The notes under the pieces were generated by a model. The model was not told the origin of the DNA. It did not search any database and worked only from the letters and a program-made list of their open reading frames with translations. A DNA stretch of 64,000 nt from Antedon mediterranea (lineage: Eukaryota; Animalia; Echinodermata), in NCBI RefSeq assembly GCF_964355755.1, contig NC_092673.1:35089648-35153647 (forward strand), given 5' to 3'. Position numbers and translations under genes: made by a program. Shown piece after piece: positions 52,766 through 64,000 of the stretch (its first letter is position 1; each line of letters begins with the position of its first letter).

Positions 52766-54570
52766 ATTTATTTCATGTACGGTACTGTAGGCTACTTTAA
52801 TTTATTTCATGTACTGTAGGCTACTTTAATTTATTTCATGTACTGTAGGCTACTTTAATTTATTTCATGTACTGTAGGCTACTTTAATTTATTTCATGTA
52901 CTGTAGGCTACTTTAATTTATTTCATGTACTGTAGGCTACTTTAATTTATTTCATGTACTGTAGGCTACTTTAATTTATTTCATGTACTGTAAGCTACTT
53001 TAATTTATTTCATGTACTGTAGGCTACTTTAATTTATTTCATGTACTGTAGGCTACTTTAATTTATTTTATGTACTGTAGGCTACTTTAATTTATTTCAT
53101 GTACTGTAGGCTACTTTAATTTATTTCATGTACTGCAGGCTACTTTAATTTATTTCATGTACTGTAGGCTACTTTAATTTATTTCATGTACTGTAGGCTA
53201 CTTTAATTTATTTCATGTACTGTAGGCTACTTTAATTTATTTCATGTACTGTAGGCTACTTTAATTTATTTCATGTACTGTAGGCTACTTTAATTTATTT
53301 CATGTACTGTAGGCTACTTTAATTTATTTCATGTTCTGTAGGCTACTTTAATTTATTTCATGTACTGTAGGCTACTTTAATTTATTTCATGTACTGTAGG
53401 CTACTTTAATTTATTTCATGTACTGTAGGCTACTTTAATTTATTTCATGTACTGCAGGCTACTTTAATTTATTTCATGTACTGTAGGCTACTTTAATTTA
53501 TTTCATGTACTGTAGGCTACTTTAATTTATTTCATGTACTGTAGGCTACTTTAATTTATTTCATGTACTGTAGGCTACTTTAATTTATTTCATGTACTGT
53601 AGGCTACTTTAATTTATTTCATGTACTGTAGGCTACTTTAATTTATTTCATGTTCTGTAGGCTACTTTAATTTATTTCATGTACTGTAGGCTACTTTAAT
53701 TTATTTCATGTACTGTAGGCTACTTTAATTTATTTCATGTACTGCAGGCTACTTTAGTTTATTTCATGTACTGCAGGCTACTTTAGTTTATTTCATGTAC
53801 TGTAGGCTACTTCAATGTATTGCATGTACTGTAGGCTACTTCAATGTATTGCATGTACTGTAGGCTACTTTAATTTATTTCATGTACTGCAGGCTACTTT
53901 AATTTATTTCATGTACTGTAGGCTACTTTAATTTATTTCATGTACTGTAGGCTACTTCAATGTATTGCATGTACTGTAGGCTACTTTAATTTATTTCATG
54001 TACTGTAGGCTACTTTAATTTATTTCATGTACTGTAGGCTACTTTAATTTATTTCATGTACTGTAGGCTACTTTAATTTATTTCATGTACTGTAGGCTAC
54101 TTTAATTTATTTCATGTACTGTAAGCTACTTTAATTTATTTCATGTACTGCAGGCTACTTTAATTTATTTCATGTTCTGTAGGCTACTTTAATTTATTTC
54201 ATGTTCTGTAGGCTACTTTAATTTATTTCATGTACTGTAGGCTACTTTAATTTATTTCATGTACTGTAAGCTACTTTAATTTATTTCATGTACTGTAGGC
54301 TACTTTAATTTATTTCATGTACTGTAGGCTACTTTAATTTATTTCATGTACTGTAGGCTACTTTAATTTATTTCATGTACTGTAGGCTACTTTAATTTAT
54401 TTCATGTACTGTAGGCTACTTTAATTTATTTCATGTACTGTAGGCTACTTTAATTTATTTCATGTACTGTAGGCTACTTTAATTTATTTCATGTACTGTA
54501 GGCTACTTTAATTTATTTCATGTACTGTAGGCTACTTTAATTTATTTCATGTACTGTAGGCTACTTTAAT
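52766..54570. repeat. 29-bp minisatellite (gtactgtaggctactttaatttatttcat)n, ~62 copies
   Basis: Direct inspection; a single progenitor-like copy at ~50845-50872. Confidence 0.97.
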
Positions 54571-54644
54571 GTTTTTGTTTAAAACTACTACATTTTTGCA
54601 ATTAAAAGTTTACAGGAGGTATACCGCCCTCATATCAAAGTAAG

Positions 54645-55080
54645 TGTAGTGAATTTATCTTAGTTGGTTCCGAGCTTTCTCAGGCGTATATATATTTCCA
54701 CACGACGTACACTGCTGTCACTGAATGATAACTCATACAAAAAGTATATTTAACTCAACTAGAACTTTTATTCCTTGTAACTCTATTAATACATCTTTCT
54801 ACCACTGTACCAGTCAAGCCTTATTTTCTTTATCATCTTTCCGTTTATCTACTCTGATCTTATTCTCTCTTCTCCTTTATCTACTCTGATCTTATTCTCT
54901 CTTCTCCTCTAATATCTATTACATTCTACTTTTATACTGGATATGCAAATTTTAGGCTTCAGAGGAGGATAACATTTTCCCTCCAAAAATTATACAATTT
55001 TGATTGGCTAATAATAAGGCGGACCTGGTCTAAAGCATCCTTCTCTAAACACAGAGAATCACAACATCAATAATATGACA
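54645..55080. mobile_element. Probable solo LTR (436 bp)
   Basis: TGT...ACA termini; 5-bp TSD GTAAG; empty site in the duplicate at ~50949 (tcaaagtaagcatgaac). Confidence 0.85.
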
Positions 55081-55833
55081 GTAAGCATGAACTTTTGTGG
55101 AACTTTTGTGGCACTTATTACAAAAATAACATCCAAAGGTTGTTTATGATATTCAAATAAATAGTCAATTTTGTTGAGGGCAGCAGCTATGTAAACTGTA
55201 GACCAATTCATAAACTGTGTTTTTGTAACTTTTGATGGCAGAATTCATTATTTGATTTTTATCGTTCTAGGTAAAGTATGATATTAAAATCTACAGAAAA
55301 ATTAGCAAAAGGTTAACGTTGTATTGTAGTTAAATTGTGTAAAACTTAAATTAAATGTGTGCATTCAGCTGTGAAACGATATTTGAAAGAAGTAAAGAAG
55401 TGAATGAAAGAAATTGAGCATTGACGTCAATGACGTCAATGCTATTCAAACAAGTAAATCCCTATTGTGAGAAATCACTGATACAGGTTGAACGTTAACA
55501 ATCAACAAGTTGGTTTAAATATTTTATCTTTTGATAATAATAGTATTGATTCAGTCACCAATGAAAGCCCAAACAGATTCTGCACTCACTCCATACAATA
55601 CAAACAGTTAAGATAAACCTGTATATAAGAAAATTAAACAATTGTAATACAAATAAAACATGAAATAAAGTGTTTGTCATTTGGTATTTGCTCCTATAGT
55701 CTAGAAAAGGAAACAAATACAGAATTATGAAAAGTATTGCCTTTCAATTTCCACCGTCAAAGGTGTAAATTGGTAATATTCTACACTGTAGTAGATGTTA
55801 ATACTAAATACTGTACAAAATTTACTATATCAA

Positions 55834-56652
55834 TTTTTAGTCGCATGGAAGCGACTCTATAGTTCACTATGTCGGTCGGTCGGTCTGTCTGTCTGTCTGT
55901 CTGTCTGTCGGTCTGTCTGTCGGTCTGTCTGTCGGTCCGGTATCACTATGCGTTTTATCGCTTTCTGACCTTATCTTGATATCAGTTTAATCTAGCTAGG
56001 TCAATTTTTCACAGTATATTCCTTATGGCCAGGAATCAATGTGGTTATGTTTTCACGGTGCGCAATAAAAAATTACGCGGTCTACGCACGATTTAACGAA
56101 ATCACGTTTGTAATCATATCTTCACAACCATGAATCACAATTAAATAAAATTTGGTACTCATAAATTTCAGGGCATAAATCATCATATGGCAATACAATT
56201 ACGTGCGTAGCGCATGTAACGCATGCGTACGCGCGCTTAAAATTTTCAAAATATATTTTCGATGAAATAAGAGTACATTTCAGGCAATTTTAAGCATTTA
56301 CAAAATTGCCAAGAGTGAGCATATTTTTGCGCGCGCACTGCGCGTTAAATGTTATTGCGCACTCTTTTTGCCCGATTTCTGTTTTCTTGACTTACTTTTC
56401 AACTCGAAATTACGTTATACGAGCACGTCGAAAGTGACAGGCTACGCACGTGTAAATTAAAAAAATATAAATGTTTTTAAACATTTCAACATTTTTAAAC
56501 ATGTTCAGTAATTTCGGTGAGTATAGTTCACTATGTCGGTCGGTCTGTCTGTCTGTCGGTCTGTCGGTCTGTCTGTCGGTCTATCGGTCTGTCTGTCGGT
56601 CCGGTATCACTATGCATTGTAGCACGCGACTTAATGGCTGTTGGCCTTGTTT
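55834..56652 (+). mobile_element. Helentron-associated element (HINE/DINE-1-like)
   Basis: tttttagtcgcatg...gcgact 5' end, (GTCT/GTCG)n microsatellites, 3' cacgcgact plus ggc..ggccttgttt; inserted in a T-run that is empty at ~51685. Confidence 0.8.
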
Positions 56653-57980
56653 ATTATGAAAGTTCTTTTTTTAAATTTGTATTTATTAAACTTTATCACT
56701 GCACATAAACAACATAACATAAAGGCAGCGAAAAGAAAGGACAAGCACCTCTATCCACATCTCCCCCCCCCCCCCTTAAAATACACACAAAAGTAACAAA
56801 TAGAATATATAAATGCAAAAGGTAAATATGAAAATAGCTAAAGTAAATTACTTTTAAATACTATACTGAATACAATTTGAGAAATAAAATAAATAAAATA
56901 CGGTACCTTACTGTACCCTATTCTTGAATACAGTCTTGCATGGATTCTCATTGGGATAATTATATAATTCATATACTAGAACAAATCCAAATAACTGCAA
57001 CAAGTTTGTTTGTTGTGCGGAAAGCTGTGATTATAAGCCCAACTAAAGATGATGGTTTAAAATTCTTCTGCATTTTTCTTCGGTTGCATGTAAAGATGAA
57101 AGATAAATATTTAAGCTTCATGAATGTTGTGGGTTGTAAGAATTGGAATGTCTATTCATTCAAAGTTACAAGATTACCTATGTCAACTATTATCACCAAA
57201 ATGTTACCTTATCTTCTATATCCTGAGATGAGAGTTATTGAAGAATAAAACGTATTTGAAATTATCATTCTGTTGCTTTAAAGCAAAGAATCTTTTTTCT
57301 TGATAGTAAAACTTGAAAGCAGTAAGTATCTTGGTAAAGTGTCTGGTGTTTCAGTATTTAGACTTATATTATTTAGTATCTTGACAACAGTAAGTATCTT
57401 GGTAAGTTTCTGGTGTTTCAGTATTTAGACTTATATTATTTAGTATCTTTCTAGATCTTTACTTATTTTGTTAATAATATAGTGTATTATAATTTCTTTA
57501 TTTTATTTTCTTGTGTGTTTTAATATAAGGAACAATTATTTTATTTTGAAAGTTTAAGTTGAAGTGAACACATACACATTACAAACCTTTGTGGTTTTAT
57601 AGGAGACACCATTGTCAAAAACCTATACTTTTTAGCAGTAGCATATGAAATGCAGAGGTCTGGCGATTTTAGCCCTTTTCAACATATTTGAATGCTTGTT
57701 TTTTTCTTTTGGGCCCTGCTCATGGGTTTCCGTAAGCTCAATGGCCCCTGGGTTTAGCCAGTGAGCACTCATAGCCGTTACGCCAATACCTTTCAATACC
57801 TTTATATTGTTTTCTGTTCTTTAGTTTTTGAATGGAAAACTTTTAGATAAAAGGGTTGACATGTAGTAGTGATGCTTGTCGATAGCTACTTACAAAGTTT
57901 CTCGTTGTCATGGAAAGTTGCACTATTTGAATGTACATATATTTTAAAATTGGTAAAAACCAGTATTACTAATTTTACAG

Positions 57981-58230
57981 GTTAAAGTGTGGGTGTAAAT
58001 GATAGAAAGATGAACAACAGAATTATTAAGCTTAGCAAATTCATCAGAGTTATGATTGGTTTAAATGATCAGTTGATCAGCAGTTTTTGTCATTCAGTAA
58101 GGAGTGGCTTGTGCTGGTGGAACCACATCAACTTGCTTTTAACATTCAAGATGTAGTATGCTGTACATCAAGATACCTGAGCCTCCTTTACTTGTGAATA
58201 CCGTGATGGTACAAGCTACATTGATTAATT
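57981..58230 (+). other. Putative non-coding 5'UTR exon of the second gene
   Basis: ctaattttacag| acceptor and |gtaagt donor; homology to 7020-7247. Confidence 0.45.
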
Positions 58231-59775
58231 GTAAGTAATATTTCTGTTTTCCTGTACTGTATGTCAAGGTGAGGGAGGAGGCATGTTGGCATTCTCCACA
58301 GCTCCTCCAATTATCAATAAAAAATTATTATCAAGTTTAATCAATGTTTCGTGGAAACCAAGAGGACCATGGATAGCAACTGGAATGGTCAGTGGCGGAT
58401 CTAGGATCTGACGAGGGAGGTGGCCTCAGAAAATTGTTGAACATGCAAATAGATGCTTACACAGTTTAATAGGCTAGAGCAACTGTTTCCATCACATTTA
58501 ATAACAAATGTTACGTAATGTAAATTTAAATAAATCCTTCCTAAATACTGTACGGATCTTTTTCGACGAACTAATAATAAAATTTGATCGAAAACACTTT
58601 AAACGAAATGAACATTTGGTAATGCGGTACTCCGAAAATGCCTCGATAGTGCATGTTGTGCATGTTATGTATTTTGTTTTGGTGGTCTGTGAACCTCAGA
58701 TATATACCCTACAGCCGGGTGAATAACTCAATGTAAATTAGTATACAAAATGATTGCAGTAATCGCCGTGTCTATAACACAAATCAATAAAACGCCAAAT
58801 ACGCCACACACTTTTTTTCGGTCGTGTAGTACATACAAGCAAGACATTTCATGTTTGTTTTATGCCTATGAAATAATAAAAGAACATGTTTCTTTCTTCT
58901 ATTTCTTCCCGAAACCTTGACTCAGAAATACCGGATGGTTTCCGGCGGGGGATAGTTTTACCTTAGTTAAGCATAGTTAAGCTTTGTTACATTTTTTTTT
59001 TTCACATTATTGATTGTCTCCATCCCCGAAACCTCGACTAAGAAATACCGGAATGGTGTCCGGCGGGGGATAGTTTATTACCATTATTTAAGGTCCTATG
59101 TAAAGCACCTAGAGGGGTCAGTGATCCATTAGGCGCTATATAAATACTGTTTATTATTATTTATTATTTTTATCGTTTATAATGCATACCATTATTATAT
59201 AAAAAACCTTTATACGCGAGAAAAAAGTTCAGGATATTACACTCCACTCAGGGGTGTAAATATACCATGCTAACGCTTGCACACACGGAGGGCCAAGGCG
59301 GTAATTAAAACTGAAATGGAAAATGGTGTATTTTTGGAGCGTGATGACGTCAGCATTCACACGAGGGTCAGGTGCGTCGAATCCACGTCTAGCGACGGTC
59401 GCGGGTATGTTGCATCTTTTTTTTAGCAAGTTGCTAAGTTAATCGTTAATATTGTAACGTTTTTCCGTCTCGCCTGTCTCTACTGCGTACTATAGCCTGG
59501 TAGCAATCTTTTTCGTTAGGCCTAGAGCCTGGCTAGCCTAGTTATTTATTTAATAAAGTTAAAGACAAGATGCTCGGCTTATCGGAAGGAGTGTGCTCCT
59601 TCTAATAAACGGACCACCAGAAAAGTCCCACACCCTAGTATATTCTACGGACAGATGGGAAGTTTAATCTCGCTAGACCTTCTAGTTTTCAGTCTGTAAA
59701 GAGCAATATTCAGATTATCGGCGATACGGTTACGATTAAAATACCTTCCCAAACATCAAAGCAGAATGACAAGCA

Positions 59776-60018
59776 TTTTTTTTTAAAACCATATTTAATG
59801 AGGGTGATCCATCCAGCTATTGCTGATCATTAGGGACCCTCAGAGGTTCACAAGACAAACATATACACAAGATGCTCTACATAAACAAAGTCTTGTTACA
59901 AGTCTTTGGGAGTGGAGTAATTTGGTCCTTAGAAAAAATCCTGACATGTGACGGGACTTGAACCCAGGACCCTTGGAGTGGTAGCCAAGCATCATAACCA
60001 CTAAGCCACAACTCCGCT
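59776..60018 (-). mobile_element. tRNA-derived SINE
   Basis: Minus strand has A-box TGGCTTAGTGG and B-box GGTTCAAGTCC, followed by an unrelated body and an A-rich tail. Confidence 0.7.
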
Positions 60019-62032
60019 CCAACAAGCGTTCAGAAAATGTAGACAAAACACCTTCTGAAAATGAAGTAAAGATTTCAATCGATGCACCTATCAGGTTCCT
60101 TTCGTTCAGTCTGCTCGCTGTAGGCCTACAGCCGTACGTACACTAAATTAAATAATTATTGCTAGGGCCTAGGTAAAGAGGGTTTAGCCTATGTTTATGA
60201 CAGGTAGCGTCAGGTTCGGTGATGGTGATATTCCGTCGGCTTCACGTACAATGTAAATAGATAAATGATGAAAGTACAAGTAAGTTAAATTCTCATGAGC
60301 CGTATGGCCCTTTTATTCATGTTAGGTAAACTTACCAATTTAATACAAGCTACTACTATACAAACACAATAAATAAGGTTTGGGATGGATGGCCCGATTA
60401 ATACAACACGTCCTGCTCCGTCAGAATCAAAACGAAGAGTGCCAGAGACCAAAGAATATATATCACATTCTTTGCAGAGACCTACTACTGTAGGTCCCTG
60501 GATAAGTTGTTTACCACAATTTAGCACGTAGTTAAATTACACCCACAACAGAAAAAGAGCCAATCAGAACTTAGTCTTATTTGGCCTGCTACATTATAGC
60601 AATAGGTAAGAAATAAATGATTTGGGCTATACCAAATTCCGTTACAATATCAATAGCTTGTTGTGCTATGTGTTATATAAACAAAATATAGTAGAACCCC
60701 TGAAGGGGACATCTTTGGGACCCAAAAAACTTCCCCTTAATTGTGGTGTCCCCTGATTGGGGAAAAAACAAGAAATAAATACTAAAATAAACAATAATTT
60801 ATCTGACTTGCAAGATTAAGATAATTGAAAATTAGCAACCAAAATTTAACTTTCAAGCCAGAGAAAGTATCATAATTTTTATCGTAATTATTATATGCAT
60901 TTTTGTCGCCTTTATAGGGGTTGAATCAACCATTTGGCACACTCAAATGTGTTCCTGTCTCCTTAGTAGGGGTGTCCATGAGGTTAGCCGTAGTGTTAAA
61001 ATATTTTCCTGTTTTTTCGTGGGAAGTAGTCTCTTAATATAGGAGTGTTCCCAAGGATGGGTTATAATCTATTGCTAATGATCATAATTATTTATATCTG
61101 GTTTATTGAAATTCTTCCCCCAAATAACAGTTAACCTACTGTATTATTAAATTGTGTAAAAACCAATATTGCTATATTTATAAAATGAAAGTATATATAC
61201 ATTTTTAATGGATGTGCATTCATCTGCAACAACACAAGGAGAGAAGAACTAAAAAACATAAAGCCAAGGAAATACAGTGACGTCAATGCTATTCAAACAA
61301 TCCAATCACTAATTTTTGGCCATTTATTGTGTACTTTTGACGTACAATCTTTAACAATCATTTTAATTCAAAAGAACACTTAACTGCCAAGTTCACACAC
61401 TATATTATAAAAGAGAGAGACTTTGTGCATTTGTTATTTTACAAATTGTTATTATTGCATGCACACTTTTGTGATATCAAAATGACCGCAATTGTACTGG
61501 AAAGTTTTTAAACTACATTTGAAAATTATATGCCATCTAGATAAAAAAATGGTATCTGAATTCTCCACTTATCAATATGTTTAAAAATGAATTTGTATTG
61601 AGAGTCACTATTATCATTAGTGATTGAATGAGCTTTGCCTCATTATTATTTTTATTTTTCTCTAGCCTTAATCACAAAATAAGTGTACTTTTACCTTTTT
61701 AGTAATTGTTCTTTTCTTGCCATTCTTTGTTAATACTTATTATTATTAATGCAAGTTCCCATTTCTATACAGATTCAGGTCTAAATTTTCAACGTAAGCG
61801 TAAACGTTGTATTGGTTCAACCATAGCATAGTACATATAATTTAAATTGCAGGATTTTATTTGGGTGGGTGCGGATTAATATATTTTGAACCATTTTCAT
61901 AATATAATGTATAATACACTACAGATTTTTGTTGTTGAACCAATTGCACCCCCCCCCCCCTGCGTACGGCCCTGCTCTCAAGTGTAAAAATGTTTTTTTT
62001 GTTCATTACATTTTCAGACTGAAAACAGTGAA

Positions 62033-62552
62033 ATGGAAGATCCTGAAGAAAAATTCCGACAATTGAAGTCAGACCTCAGTAGAGACTACGAAAATGAAAA
62101 ATACAGATGGTTGAGATTCTGTCTGTTTGATTACTTATCTGTAGGGGATATCACCAATCCTCAGCTCATAGGAAATGTTCTATTCAATAAACTCCATTAT
62201 GAAGGTAAAATCACAGAACAGAATGTCAACCTTCTGTTGGATATTGCTAAGTTAACACGTTTGCAGCATGCTGAACAACTAGTAATTCAGTATATAAAGG
62301 ATAACAATATTCAAAACACTGGCAGTGGTGAAAGTTTGTCACCTTATCGAAGACGACTATTTCATGCTTTGAGAGAGAGTGAACCAAATGATTTACGAAG
62401 GGTTATTTCTCACTATGAATTAAGCACTGAGATACAAAATATTTGGGATTCAGTTTTAAGATTGGAAATTGATACAAAATTAGAAGATAACCAAGAAAAA
62501 ATTGAAGTGTTTGCACGTCTTCTTGGAGAACGGTCAAGGAGAGAACTAACTG
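62033..62552 (+). CDS. First coding exon (tandem DED) of the next paralogous gene, probably an NLR; exon starts at 62018
   Basis: ttttcag| at 62017, gaaATGG, G|gtatgc phase-1 donor; KFRQLKSDLS..YRWLRFCL..GKIT..LLLDIA..LSPYRRRLF..NIWDSVL aligns with exon 20082-20624. Confidence 0.8.
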
Positions 62553-63177
62553 GTATGCATAGTTTTCTTTTTCATTTACATCTTTTTACTTGAACATGAT
62601 CAAATACACATCAATATTACACTTTGTTGTGTACTGTTCGGTAATTATAGTTGAATAATATTTTTATATTACTATTAAAAATAAAATAGAATAGAAGTAT
62701 CTATTTTAATAAATTATCTTTTATTTTAAAGAAATAGCTACCTTTACATTTTTCAACTCTGCATTTAATAAAATTGCATGATAAATATTTATAATAAGAA
62801 ATTGTTCTTACTTGTACTGTCCAAGATCTCCGTTGATTCATTTATTCGAAATTATGAAAAATGAATTATTACACAAATTTGGTCATCCTCATGATGAATC
62901 AAATTTAACAATAAAGTTGTATGAATGTTAAATCCAATCAAATTGTATGCTTTGGTTCATTCTGCATACTATACTATTGTAAAACATTGCCATACAAATC
63001 TTATTATAAAACTATACTTAGCAACTTGTTAGACCTTATTTAAATGATGGTGTCTCTGCTCATGCCTTTAAAGAATATATATAGATGCTTTCAAATCTGT
63101 CCAAAGAAGAATCACATGTATCTGTCTCCCGAATCCGCTGGTAGCATTACTTACTAGTAAAAAGCTAAAATGTCAAA

Positions 63178-63514
63178 TCTTATGTTCATATCTTATGTTC
63201 ATATCTTATGTCCATATCTTATGTTCATATCTTATGTTCATATCTTATGTTCATATCTTATGTTCATATCTTATGTCCATATCTTATGTCCATATCTTAT
63301 GTCCATATCTTATGTTCATATATTATGTTCATATATTATGTTCATATATTATGTTCATATCTTATGTTCATATATTATGTTCATATCTTATGTTCATATC
63401 TTATGTTCATATATTATGTTCATATATTATGTTCATATCTTATGTTCATATATTATGTTCATATCTTATGTTCATATATTATGTTCATATATTATGTTCA
63501 TATCTTATGTTCAT
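63178..63514. repeat. 13-bp minisatellite (tatgttcatatct)n, ~26 copies
   Basis: Period 13 (63181 to 63194). Confidence 0.95.
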
Positions 63515-64000
63515 AAATAATCTTATTATTTTTCTTTGTATTACCTTTGTAAATGTTTGTCACAAAATATGTGATGTCTTCAAATTTATTTACTCAGGCA
63601 TATAGTGACCATCTTAACTTAAGTAATAATTTTGTGTGTAGGCCTACTGATTGTTTTCATAATTCTTTTCTTGGACATTTTAGAAATCTACCTGTGGATC
63701 ACAGGATTTAAGTTTGATTTAACATAATTTAGTAAACGTTAAATTTTCAGCTTGAGGGTAAATTTGTATCCATTTTTATAATTATATTGAATTTTAATCT
63801 TTTAACCGTAAATACATTTTAATATGTGTATTTCAATGTAGAGAGCCGCTCACCAGTTATTTCTTTTAAAACAGTTAGGTATAATCCTGCCTGATTATTT
63901 TACATTTTGGTCTGTTTTTGTCAGGCAAATATGATATGATAAATGACAACATTTATTTCAATTCAATTCAATTCAATTCAATAATACATTTATTTAAGAT

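Larger units (their letters stand above)
50852..55835 (+). repeat. Direct duplication: 50852-51690 vs 54550-55835
   Basis: Shared gccctcatatcaaagtaagcatgaacttttgtgg...ggtaatattctacactgtag. Confidence 0.85.

Noticed and set aside
59940-60018. Functional tRNA gene on the minus strand
   Set aside because: Has A/B boxes but no convincing acceptor stem, and continues into a body and A-rich tail; better explained as a SINE
63170-63605. Three overlapping ORFs of 102-136 aa
   Set aside because: 13-bp minisatellite translations

Overview
AT-rich eukaryotic (metazoan, probably invertebrate) genomic DNA, not prokaryotic; the organism cannot be fixed from sequence alone. The window is part of a tandem cluster of NLR (NACHT-LRR) innate-immune genes on the + strand. 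One apparently complete gene can be assembled from seven coding exons joined by phase-1 GT-AG introns: 11719-11734, 15471-16007, 17012-17545, 19681-19755, 20082-20624, 30926-30973 and 31313-40716. These give about 3718 aa: MASTK, three tandem-DED exons (about 6 death-effector domains), NACHT, about 19 super-repeats of about 119 aa (four LRR strands each), an acidic linker and a hydrophobic C-terminal tail. The putative start-codon/splice-donor micro-exon is itself amplified 17 times as a 61-62 bp minisatellite. One intron holds a 10 kb nest of elements: a Gypsy LTR retrotransposon containing a MITE and a LINE, with a TTAA-type DNA transposon inside the LINE. The start of the window (about 760-3238) is paralogous to the sequence downstream of this gene, and a second tandem-DED exon at 62 kb begins the next paralog. 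The intergenic DNA holds non-autonomous DNA transposons, a Helitron, a HINE, a solo LTR, a SINE and several minisatellites. All gene models come from splice signals and reading frame, without transcript data.
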